A DNA stretch of 64,000 nt, taken from contig OZ223519.1 of the NCBI GenBank assembly GCA_965140785.1, positions 1 to 64,000 on the forward strand, in the 5' to 3' direction. The translations under genes and the position numbers were made by a program. Below are positions 39,333 to 48,374 of the stretch, one piece after another. Source of the DNA: an uncultured Ruficoccus sp. GTDB taxonomy: Bacteria; Verrucomicrobiota; Verrucomicrobiia; Opitutales; Cerasicoccaceae. Under the pieces are notes generated by a model. That model searched no databases. It had not been told where the DNA came from and saw only the letters and a list, made by a program, of their open reading frames with translations. Within the stretch, counting starts at the first letter, position 1; each line of letters begins with the position of its first letter.

Positions 39333-42212
39333 CTATTCCTGGTAAAGCACTGTGACGGCAGTGCCCTCGGCGACGATGCTGCCGGATACCGTGCGGCCGT
39401 TGCCCTGAGTGGGGTCGGCTTTCTCGATCGCGACGTGCCAGTCGCCCGAGGGGAGGGTGACGGTCGTGTTGGGGCCGCAGTTGTAGATCACGAAGATTTC
39501 GCTCCAACTGTCGCCGTTATTGGCGGCGCCGTGGATGTGGTTGACGAGGACCGTGGAAGTGGGGCTGTAGGTGGTGATATTGTCCGTGATCGCCTGCCAG
39601 GAGTTCATGCGAAAGCCGGGGTGAGCCCGCCGGGTGCTGATGATATCCTGATAGTAGGCGAAGATGTCGAGGTTGTCGGCCTTGCGCTGCCAGTCGAACT
39701 GGTTGATGGCGTCGGGCGACTTGTAGCTGTTGCTGTCGCCCTGCTTGGTGCGCAGGAACTCTTCGCCGCCGTGGAGAAAGGGTATGCCTTGCGAGGTCAG
39801 GACGATCCCGTTGGCGAAGGTCGAGATGCGCTTCTTGTAGGTCGGGTCGCTGACGCCGTTCAAGACTGCCCACGCTTCGATCTTGTCCCACAGGCAGAGG
39901 TTGTCGTGCGCGGAGACGTAGTTGATGCATTGCTCCGGGTCGTTGGCGAACATCGAGTCCCAGGTGTTGACCGTGGTGCTGGGGGTATAGGCGTAGCGGA
40001 TGCCTCCCCGGCTGCCGACCTGGATTTCCCACATATTGGCGAGCTGGTTGAAGGCGTATCCGCCGCCGTTGCCGTTGTCGTTGTTGCCCTTGATGGCTTC
40101 GCGCAGTTTCGGGTTGAAGCAGCCGACATGGGCGTCGGCGATGAGCCCGATCGTGCCCAGCCGCACGCGGTCGGCTTCGTCTGGATCGGTGGCGTAGCCG
40201 TTCCAGGGCTCGCCGTAGATCAGGAGTTGACGGTCGGGGAAGCGCGTCTCAAGGTAGCTGGCCCAGCCGGCCACTTCCGCGTAGTCGAAGATGCCGATCA
40301 GGTCGAAGCGGAATCCATCGACCCCGATCTCACCGGCCCAGTATTCGAGGGAGTCGCGGATCATGCGGCTGACCATGGGGACGCGCGGGTTGATCGAGTT
40401 GCCGGTCCCGGCCAGCCCGTAGGTCCCGGGCGCGTTGGTGTTGAAGTAATCCAGCGTGATGTCCGAGAACATGTTCTCGCCCTCGGGATGGGAGAACTGT
40501 TTGTTCCCGTAGGCATCCTCGGTCTCGATGACCCACGTGTGGTTGTAAACCACGTCCATGATGACGCGGATGCCATGCGCGTGCAGGATATCGATCATCT
40601 CCTTGAGCTCGCGGATGCGCCCGTGATAGTCGTAGGGATCGACCGCGTAGCGTTCCTCGGGGACATTGTAGTTTTCCGGGTCGTAGCCCCAGTTGTAACT
40701 GTCCGGCTGGTAATCGGGATCCTTGGCGGAGCAGGTCCCGTAGTCGTAGATGGGCAGGAGTTGGACATGGGTGACGCCCAGGTCGATCAAGTGCTGAAGC
40801 CCCGTGCTGACGCCGCTATAGCTAGTACCGGACTGGACCATCCCGAGGAACTTTCCGCGCTTGTCCGTGTCGACGCCGCTGGAACTGTGGATGGTGAAGT
40901 CGCGCACATGCACTTCATAGATGACGGCGTCCTCGCGCTCGGCCAGAGCGGGCGGGGCGACGCGTCCCCCGCTGGGGGTGGTTTGAAACGGGTCGATCAC
41001 GATGTTTGTGTCCGTGCCCGGCACAACCATGCGGCCATAGGGGTCGCGCACCTGCACATCGTCGATGAGGAAGTAGTACTCTTTCAAGACAAGGTCGCCG
41101 TAAACCTGAATGGCGTAAACATCGGTATAGTCGCCACTATCGGGCTGCTTGAGCATCGTGTACACATCCCCGTCGAGGCACAGCTTGACGTTGGCGGTGT
41201 CGGGGGACCAAATGGCGAAGGTGGTCAGCCCGGGTGAATAGGTGTGCCCTAGTTTGACCGGTTCGGCGGCGTCGGTCGATGTGACGGAGTAGGCGAGCGT
41301 GTCGTCGTCGAAGGTGATGACATAACGGCCCGGGGAGACGTGGATGTCGACGCCGCCGCTTTCGGCGATGCCATCAGGCTGGTTGTCGCCGTAGTACTCG
41401 GACCAGTCCCCGAAGCGGTCGAACTTGAACCGGTCAGAAGGCTGCCCGACGAAGTTGGCTTCGATCACCCAGGTGTGGTCACCGACGAAGCTCATGGGCG
41501 CGCTGCCCCATCCGTTGAGGGTCCCGCGGAAGTAAATCTGGTCGAAGTTGCGGGCGCTCATGTTGGCGAAGTTGTAGGTGTGCGTCTGGTCGTTGAGTGT
41601 GATGAGGTAGCTGCCGGCCTCCGGGATGGGAATGTCCCCGCCGTTGGACTCGACGGTGCCGTCGAGCGCCGTGTCGCCCAGTTTGCCCGACCAGTCCTGC
41701 GAGTGGTCGAAAACGAAGCGGTCGTTGGGGTCGCCGGAGAAGCTCAGCTCGGCTTGCCAGGTGTGATGATCAATCAGCGTCATCGGGCAGCTCAGGTCGA
41801 ATCCGTTGGCCGTGCCCCGGACATAGACCTCGGTGTAGTTGCGCCGGGTGACGGCGTAGGCGAGGGTCTCGTCGTCGAAGAGGATCCGGTACGAGCCCGG
41901 CCCCAGCGGCGGGTAGATGTCTCCGCCGCCGGGCTCGGTAATTCCGTTGGCGTCCGTGTCCCCGTAGGCCCCGGAGAAATCATAGGAGGTGTCGAACTTG
42001 AACCGGTCGTCGCCGTTGGCGTCACCGAGGCCGCTGAAGGTGGTATCGGTCAACCACAGGTGGTCGTCGATGAGCGTCATGGGCTGTGTGTTCCAGCCGT
42101 TGGGGGTGCCTCGAAAATGAAGCTGGCTGAAATTGCTGGCCTGGGCGAACGCGGGGCCGCCCGGGAGCAGGGCGAGGATCGTGAGGAGCAGATAACAAGG
42201 TCGGGTTTTCAT
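39333..42212 (-). CDS. pulA: Secreted type I pullulanase (GH13) with three N-terminal FRGT(P)NGW-type modules
   Basis: IYEVHVRDF, YNWGYDP, DVVYNH, GFRFDL, YGEPW, YVSAHDN. Confidence 0.92.
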   Translation of the reverse strand: MKTRPCYLLLTILALLPGGPAFAQASNFSQLHFRGTPNGWNTQPMTLIDDHLWLTDTTFSGLGDANGDDRFKFDTSYDFSGAYGDTDANGITEPGGGDIYPPLGPGSYRILFDDETLAYAVTRRNYTEVYVRGTANGFDLSCPMTLIDHHTWQAELSFSGDPNDRFVFDHSQDWSGKLGDTALDGTVESNGGDIPIPEAGSYLITLNDQTHTYNFANMSARNFDQIYFRGTLNGWGSAPMSFVGDHTWVIEANFVGQPSDRFKFDRFGDWSEYYGDNQPDGIAESGGVDIHVSPGRYVITFDDDTLAYSVTSTDAAEPVKLGHTYSPGLTTFAIWSPDTANVKLCLDGDVYTMLKQPDSGDYTDVYAIQVYGDLVLKEYYFLIDDVQVRDPYGRMVVPGTDTNIVIDPFQTTPSGGRVAPPALAEREDAVIYEVHVRDFTIHSSSGVDTDKRGKFLGMVQSGTSYSGVSTGLQHLIDLGVTHVQLLPIYDYGTCSAKDPDYQPDSYNWGYDPENYNVPEERYAVDPYDYHGRIRELKEMIDILHAHGIRVIMDVVYNHTWVIETEDAYGNKQFSHPEGENMFSDITLDYFNTNAPGTYGLAGTGNSINPRVPMVSRMIRDSLEYWAGEIGVDGFRFDLIGIFDYAEVAGWASYLETRFPDRQLLIYGEPWNGYATDPDEADRVRLGTIGLIADAHVGCFNPKLREAIKGNNDNGNGGGYAFNQLANMWEIQVGSRGGIRYAYTPSTTVNTWDSMFANDPEQCINYVSAHDNLCLWDKIEAWAVLNGVSDPTYKKRISTFANGIVLTSQGIPFLHGGEEFLRTKQGDSNSYKSPDAINQFDWQRKADNLDIFAYYQDIISTRRAHPGFRMNSWQAITDNITTYSPTSTVLVNHIHGAANNGDSWSEIFVIYNCGPNTTVTLPSGDWHVAIEKADPTQGNGRTVSGSIVAEGTAVTVLYQE

Positions 42213-42684
42213 ACGGATACTTTGCTTGGGGGTGGTGTGGCTGACCTCTGGCGCTGCGGATGGGATCCGTCCTGCCTGTCAGGTGATCGGTGAGGTGAGA
42301 ATCACAGGCGGAACGCTACCCGCGTTCGGCGAAGCTTGTAATCCCTTTGAGTGTTGACAGTTGAACAGCGGTCGATGCCCGTGCGCAGACGGGCGAGAGG
42401 AAGCTACGTAGCGCGGGCAATCTGTGAACTGTTTAACGCGATCGGGCTTTAAGGTTCGTGAGCGGTTGGTAGGGTAGCGCTATTGCGAGGAGACTGACTC
42501 CTCTTCCCCTGTTGCTGAAAACCTCTGACTCTTCTCGCCGGGCGTTATGCCTCTGCCCGCGTTACCAGTCAGGATTTATCCCCTAACGTGACTGCCTTCG
42601 TCCGGTGTTGTTTTGCTGAGCAAGCCCGGCTTCGAGGACGGCCCCAACGACTCCTCACAAGCGTTCGTTTAACCCTGTCTTATC

Positions 42685-45600
42685 ATGATGAAAAAATATA
42701 AAAATGCCGCGGGCTTGAAGGGCCTCGGCGCGCAAAGAATCGCGTTGTTCGTCGCGCTCCTGTTTTTCGGATGGAGCACGGCTTTGTTTGGCCAGACGGT
42801 TACGGTCGGTTCCGTGACATCGGCGACCACGGCGACGGAATCGGGAAAACAGAAGGCGGTCTTTGCCCTGAGCACGGGCGGGGTCTGCGAAGTCATTCCC
42901 TACGCCCCGGACCTGATCCGGGTGAAGTTTGACTGGGGCGGTATCGAGTCCCACGAGGATGTCGCGATCGCCAAGCCCCTGGACCAGTGGCCCGCGTTCA
43001 GCGCCACCTTTACGGACGGCACCGTCTATACGATCGAGACCGACGAGCTGATCGTTCATGTGACGAAGAGCCCGAGCCTCAAGATCGACTTCATCGACAA
43101 GACCCAGAGCGGGCAATACCTGCTGCGCGACAAGCGCATGGAGTACGACACCGGCTACGATCCCTACAATGACACGTCCTTCCAGTTGCTCAAGAACAGC
43201 AACAACATCGCCGCCTGGTACCGTGTGCGCGTGGTGAAGGAAAGCCCGTCCAACGAGTCCTACTTCGGCCTGGGCGAAGTGCCCTTCCAGCTCAATCGCC
43301 GCGGGCAAGTAGTGCAGGGGTGGAACTCGGACGCCTTCTATTGGAATCAGGATAAGAACCCGATGTACATGACGATGCCGTTCATGTACGGCGTGCAGGC
43401 GGCCACCTCCACGCAGCCCGGTTTCACCTATGGTGTTTTCTGGAATAACCCGGCCCGTCCCAACTTCATGTTTCAGAAGGAGCGGCCCTATGGCGGTGCC
43501 CAGCGCGGCCAGTTGACCACGGTCAGCGACCAGTTTTCCTTTGAGGCGACCGAGGGCTATATTGACTACTTCTTCTTCGGCGGTGGCGACGATCATACGC
43601 CCGCGCAAGTGCTTTCCCGTTACTCCGAACTGACGGGCCTGCCGACGCTCCCGCCCCGCTGGGCGATGGGGCACCACCTCTCCCGCTGGACCTACACGGA
43701 AGACCAGATGCGTAACGTGGTCGCGACCGCGCGCGCGCAGGGTTATCCGCTTGATGCCGTCTACTTCGATATCGACTACATGGACAGCGACCCTCACATC
43801 GTCCCGCCCGGCGGCACTTTTGACGACAATGAGTACCGGGGCAACAACGACATGCGCCAGCTGACCTTTCAGGACGACCCCAATAACGCGAATTACTGGT
43901 TCAAGGATGGCGTCAGCCTGATCAGCTATCTGCACTCGAGCCATGTCAACGCGGTGCCCTTGATCGAAGCCTGGGTGACGACGCCTGACCCGCTGTGGTC
44001 GGAGGCCAACAGCGCCTCGCACTTGGTCAAGAGCAACAACGGCAGTTCCGCTGTCGCCTGGCTGTTCTTCGGCGACGTGTCCTTCATCGACTTTACCAGC
44101 TCCAGTGCCCAGAGCTGGTGGAAGACCAAGCAGAAGAACTACCTGAACACCTACGCCTTTGACGGTATCTGGAACGACCTCAACGAGCAGGCGGACGAGC
44201 GCGACACCGTCGCGCAGTCGCAGCCCATCCCGCTGAACGGCCTCTACTCGACGGACGGGCGCTATGGGTCGAGTACCAGCGACTATCGCCGCCAACAGAT
44301 CTACCTGAAGAACACCTATAACGTGTATCAGGCGAGCAATACCTACGCGACGCTGGCGGAGCAGTACCCGAACCGCCGCCCGTTTGTGCTCTCCCGGGCC
44401 GGTTGGCCGGGCATTCAGCGCTACGCCTTCAACTGGAGCGGTGATAACGTCAACGAAAGCGCGGGATCGGGCTACGGTCAGGTCCCCAGCCTGCGCGTGG
44501 GCTTGAGCACGATGATCTCCGGACAGGTGTACTTCGGGCATGACCTGGGGGGCTTCCTCGGGGATGTCTCCAGCGCATCGATGGCCCGCTGGGCCCAGTG
44601 GTGCAGCCTGATGCCCTTTTTCCGCAATCACTCCGGCAAATGGGACCAGTTGCGCGAACCCTGGCTCTATGCCAACGCGGCCCAGATCAAGAGCGCGATC
44701 GAGATGCGCTACGCGCTGATGCCGTACCTGTACTCGCTCGCTTACCGCGCCTCGCAGACGGGCCTCCCGCTGAACAACCCGATGTTCTTCTCCTTCCCGG
44801 ATGATTCGCAGACGCACCAGGCCAGCAGCGACACCGACTTCATGGTCGGCCCCTTCCTCATGGCCTCGCCCGTCTATCAGACCGGGGCCACCCAGCGCAG
44901 TTCCTATCTGCCCAGCGGCACCGACTGGTATTACTGGTACGGGGACGCCTTCCACAGCGGCGGCTCGACTGTGACGAAATCGACGCCGATCGATGTCATG
45001 CCGATGTATGTCACCGAGGGGGCCATCATCCCGATGGGCCCGGTCATGGAATACGCGAACGAATACCAGGCCGAGCAACTGCTCTTTCATGTCTGGCCGG
45101 GGGACGAGACGACGACGTTCACCCTCTATGAAGATGACGGTGAAAGCTTCGACTACGCGTCCGGAGAGTACGCGATCACCCCGCTGACCAACTCCACCAA
45201 CGCCGGAGTCTGGACCTTCACCATCGGGGCCAAGCAGGGCACGTACGACCATGGCCACACCTCCTACATGGTCGCCCGGCACGCGATTGACACTCCGACC
45301 ACGGTGCAGATCGGAGGCGTTGCCGCCGATCCGTATCCGAGCCTGAGCGCGCTCGAAGCCGAGGACACGGGCTACTACTACGACAGCTCGGCCCGGACGC
45401 TCTATCTCAAGACCGACGAGACCGAGCAGTCCGTGTCGATCACCGCGACGGACAGCACGGCCAACCAGATTACGATCTACTACATCACCGACTTCGCCGA
45501 GCGCATCCACTATGACGCGGGCATCGACGGGAGCTGGACGACGTTCCCGGGCGAGTTGCTCTATAGCAGCGTTTATCCCGGCGTGAAGGCCGTGACCATC

Positions 45601-46854
45601 CCCGCCACGAGCGTGGAGTTCGCCTTCACCGACGACGGCACGAACTGGGAAAACAACGGGGGCAGCAACTACACGATCAACTCCTCCGGGACCTACACGG
45701 TCGATCCGGTTTCCGGGACGATCATGAGCGGCGAGCCCAAGAGCTTCACGGTTTACTACTTGCCGCCCGCCGGTTGGACGTCCGTGAAGATGCACTACCA
45801 GGCCAACGGCGGAGACTGGACGGCGTTCCCCGGCGTGTCCATGGCGACCAGCTCGCTGGACCCGGACTACGTCGAGCTGAGCGTGTATGCCAACGAGCTG
45901 ACCCAGGTGGCCTTCACCGATGACGGCACGAATTGGGAAAACGACTCCGGCTCAAACTATGCGCTCACCCTGCCGGGCACGTACACGATCGACTCCACGG
46001 ACAACTCCGTCGTCAGCGGGACACCGGGCGGCATCCGTCTCTATTATGAAACGAGCTGGAGCACCCCGTACATCCACTACAATGCCGATGGGGCCGGCTG
46101 GACGACCACTCCGGGCGTGCAGATGCAGTCCACCGCGCTGTCGAACTTCAAGTACATCGAGATCAACGCCCAGAGCCTCGAGTTCGCGTTCAATGACGGC
46201 AACGGCACCTGGGACAGCAACAACGGGAGCAACTACGCCATCACCCAGCCCGGACTCTACACGGTGGGCTTCGGGGGTAACCTGCTGCCCGATTATAATC
46301 CGATCAGGATCGAGATCTACTACGATTCGGCCTTCACGCCGCAGACGCATATCCACTACAATGTGGACAACAAGGGCTGGACGACGCTCCCCGGCGAGCT
46401 GATGGTCGAGGACGCGAACTTCCCCGGTTATGCTTACCTCGCGATCGAAGGCACCTCGGTCGAGTTCGCCTTCACGGACGACGGCACAAACTGGGAGAAC
46501 AACTCGGGCAGCAACTACACGATCAGTGCTCCGGGCAAATACTCCATCGACGCGGCCACCCACAGCGTCAGCTCCGGCTATCCGGCTGTGACGATCTACT
46601 ACGCGACGACCTGGAGCCAGGCAAACATCCACTACAACGCCGACAGCGCCGGGTGGACCGCCCTGCCGGGCGTGACCATGGCGAACAGCTCCGTGCCGGG
46701 TTACAAGGTCATCACCCTCGACGCGACCGCGGTGGAGTTCGTCTTCAACAACGGCAGCGGCACCTGGGACAACGGTAGCGGTTCGAACTACACCGTCAGC
46801 GCCAAGGGTATCTATACCGTGGATAACGGCGTCCTGAGTGTCGGCGCACCTTGA
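42685..46854 (+). CDS. Secreted GH31 alpha-glucosidase/transglucosylase with five C-terminal CBM25-like repeats
   Basis: FDIDY, GIWNDLNE nucleophile, WSGDN acid/base, FFRNH; five HY...WT..PG...F.F.D....W.N..GSNY repeats. Confidence 0.92.
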   Translation: MMKKYKNAAGLKGLGAQRIALFVALLFFGWSTALFGQTVTVGSVTSATTATESGKQKAVFALSTGGVCEVIPYAPDLIRVKFDWGGIESHEDVAIAKPLDQWPAFSATFTDGTVYTIETDELIVHVTKSPSLKIDFIDKTQSGQYLLRDKRMEYDTGYDPYNDTSFQLLKNSNNIAAWYRVRVVKESPSNESYFGLGEVPFQLNRRGQVVQGWNSDAFYWNQDKNPMYMTMPFMYGVQAATSTQPGFTYGVFWNNPARPNFMFQKERPYGGAQRGQLTTVSDQFSFEATEGYIDYFFFGGGDDHTPAQVLSRYSELTGLPTLPPRWAMGHHLSRWTYTEDQMRNVVATARAQGYPLDAVYFDIDYMDSDPHIVPPGGTFDDNEYRGNNDMRQLTFQDDPNNANYWFKDGVSLISYLHSSHVNAVPLIEAWVTTPDPLWSEANSASHLVKSNNGSSAVAWLFFGDVSFIDFTSSSAQSWWKTKQKNYLNTYAFDGIWNDLNEQADERDTVAQSQPIPLNGLYSTDGRYGSSTSDYRRQQIYLKNTYNVYQASNTYATLAEQYPNRRPFVLSRAGWPGIQRYAFNWSGDNVNESAGSGYGQVPSLRVGLSTMISGQVYFGHDLGGFLGDVSSASMARWAQWCSLMPFFRNHSGKWDQLREPWLYANAAQIKSAIEMRYALMPYLYSLAYRASQTGLPLNNPMFFSFPDDSQTHQASSDTDFMVGPFLMASPVYQTGATQRSSYLPSGTDWYYWYGDAFHSGGSTVTKSTPIDVMPMYVTEGAIIPMGPVMEYANEYQAEQLLFHVWPGDETTTFTLYEDDGESFDYASGEYAITPLTNSTNAGVWTFTIGAKQGTYDHGHTSYMVARHAIDTPTTVQIGGVAADPYPSLSALEAEDTGYYYDSSARTLYLKTDETEQSVSITATDSTANQITIYYITDFAERIHYDAGIDGSWTTFPGELLYSSVYPGVKAVTIPATSVEFAFTDDGTNWENNGGSNYTINSSGTYTVDPVSGTIMSGEPKSFTVYYLPPAGWTSVKMHYQANGGDWTAFPGVSMATSSLDPDYVELSVYANELTQVAFTDDGTNWENDSGSNYALTLPGTYTIDSTDNSVVSGTPGGIRLYYETSWSTPYIHYNADGAGWTTTPGVQMQSTALSNFKYIEINAQSLEFAFNDGNGTWDSNNGSNYAITQPGLYTVGFGGNLLPDYNPIRIEIYYDSAFTPQTHIHYNVDNKGWTTLPGELMVEDANFPGYAYLAIEGTSVEFAFTDDGTNWENNSGSNYTISAPGKYSIDAATHSVSSGYPAVTIYYATTWSQANIHYNADSAGWTALPGVTMANSSVPGYKVITLDATAVEFVFNNGSGTWDNGSGSNYTVSAKGIYTVDNGVLSVGAP

Positions 46855-46884
46855 TTCTGGCCGCCCTGCATCCTGCTTAAACAC

Positions 46885-46920
46885 AACGCGTAACGGTTAA
46901 ACCCGTTACGCGTTTTTTTT
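46885..46920 (+). terminator. Intrinsic terminator
   Basis: AACGCGTAACGG / CCGTTACGCGTT 12-bp stem followed by a T run. Confidence 0.88.
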
Positions 46921-47009
46921 GTGCCCGGATTGTGCATGATAGGAGGGCAGATCGCCGTCGGCCCCACCGACGGAGGCACGATCCCCAACCCCAGCGAGCG
47001 ATTATTTAT

Positions 47010-48146
47010 ATGGCGAAGGTAAACCTAACGAATCTGGTCAAGGAGTACCGCGATGGCAAACGCACGGTCTTCCGGGCGGTCAAGGGTATCGACCTGGAGA
47101 TCCGGGACCGCGAGTTTATGGTCCTGGTGGGCCCTTCGGGCTGCGGGAAATCCACCTCGCTACGGATGATCGCTGGCCTGGAAGATATTACGGACGGCAG
47201 CATCAGCATCGCCGACCGGGTGGTAAACGACGTGCTGCCGAAGAACCGCGATATCGCCATGGTTTTCCAGAACTACGCGCTCTATCCCCATATGAGCGTT
47301 TACGACAATATGGCCTTCGGCTTGAAGCTGATGAAGTATTCCAAGGCCGAGATCGACGAACGGGTCCGCTACGCCGCGGGAATCCTGGGGCTGGAGAGCC
47401 TGCTCGAGCGCAAGCCCAAGCAGCTCTCCGGCGGGCAGCGTCAGCGTGTCGCCGTGGGGCGGGCCATCGTCCGCAAGCCCAAGGTCTTTCTCTTTGACGA
47501 GCCACTCTCGAATCTGGATGCGAAGATGCGCGTGCAGATGCGCACGGAAATCTCGAAGCTCCACACCCGGCTGAACACGACCATGATCTATGTGACGCAT
47601 GATCAGGTCGAGGCCATGACCATGGGCGACCGTATCTGTGTGATGAAGGACGGGCACATCATGCAGGTGGCCGAGCCGCTGGAGCTGTACAACCGTCCGG
47701 CCAATATGTTTGTCGGCGGTTTTATCGGAAGTCCGCCCATGAATTTCTTCCGGGGAACGGTCCATCAGCACGATGGCGTTTTGTTTTTCACCGAGCGCAA
47801 CGATAGCGATAACGCCTTCGGCGTTGGCCTGGACGCCCGTTTTCGCGAGCAGGTCGGGCAGGGGATCGGGGGCGAGTTTGTGCTCGGACTGCGGCCCGAG
47901 GACCTGCGCCTGGCGCAGATGGGGGAGGAGCCCGCCGTGCGCGCAAAGGTGGAGGTGTCCGAGCCAATGGGCGCGGAGACGTATTTACATTTGGATACAG
48001 GTGGGCACGCGTTTGTCGCGCGGGTCGGTTGCTCGCAGCGTTTCCAGAGCGGCGAAATCGTTGGCCTGGTGCCCGATATGGGCAAGGCGCACCTCTTCGA
48101 CCCGATGACTGAGGCCAACCTCGCCACCGCGAACACGCGGAATTAA
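47010..48146 (+). CDS. malK: Sugar ABC transporter ATPase (MalK/MsmX/UgpC family)
   Basis: [40 protein letters not shown]-type tail. Confidence 0.95.
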   Translation: MAKVNLTNLVKEYRDGKRTVFRAVKGIDLEIRDREFMVLVGPSGCGKSTSLRMIAGLEDITDGSISIADRVVNDVLPKNRDIAMVFQNYALYPHMSVYDNMAFGLKLMKYSKAEIDERVRYAAGILGLESLLERKPKQLSGGQRQRVAVGRAIVRKPKVFLFDEPLSNLDAKMRVQMRTEISKLHTRLNTTMIYVTHDQVEAMTMGDRICVMKDGHIMQVAEPLELYNRPANMFVGGFIGSPPMNFFRGTVHQHDGVLFFTERNDSDNAFGVGLDARFREQVGQGIGGEFVLGLRPEDLRLAQMGEEPAVRAKVEVSEPMGAETYLHLDTGGHAFVARVGCSQRFQSGEIVGLVPDMGKAHLFDPMTEANLATANTRN

Positions 48147-48374
48147 CGTCTGCGAAGGTCGGCACCACGCACGTGGGGTGCCTTAACCCGGGCTTGCTGC
48201 GGCCTTCCGCCGCACGGTGCTGCTGCGTTGGGTGGGCGCTGGCGGGGTGAGCGGGTGGTCGTGGTTCAACTGTAAAACTCGAACGGGCTTATCCGGCTGC
48301 GCAGTTTTGCTAAAGTCAGCGTTGTCCGAGAACACGTGTTCTCTCTGCCCTTACCCCACCGAAAGGATACTCCC

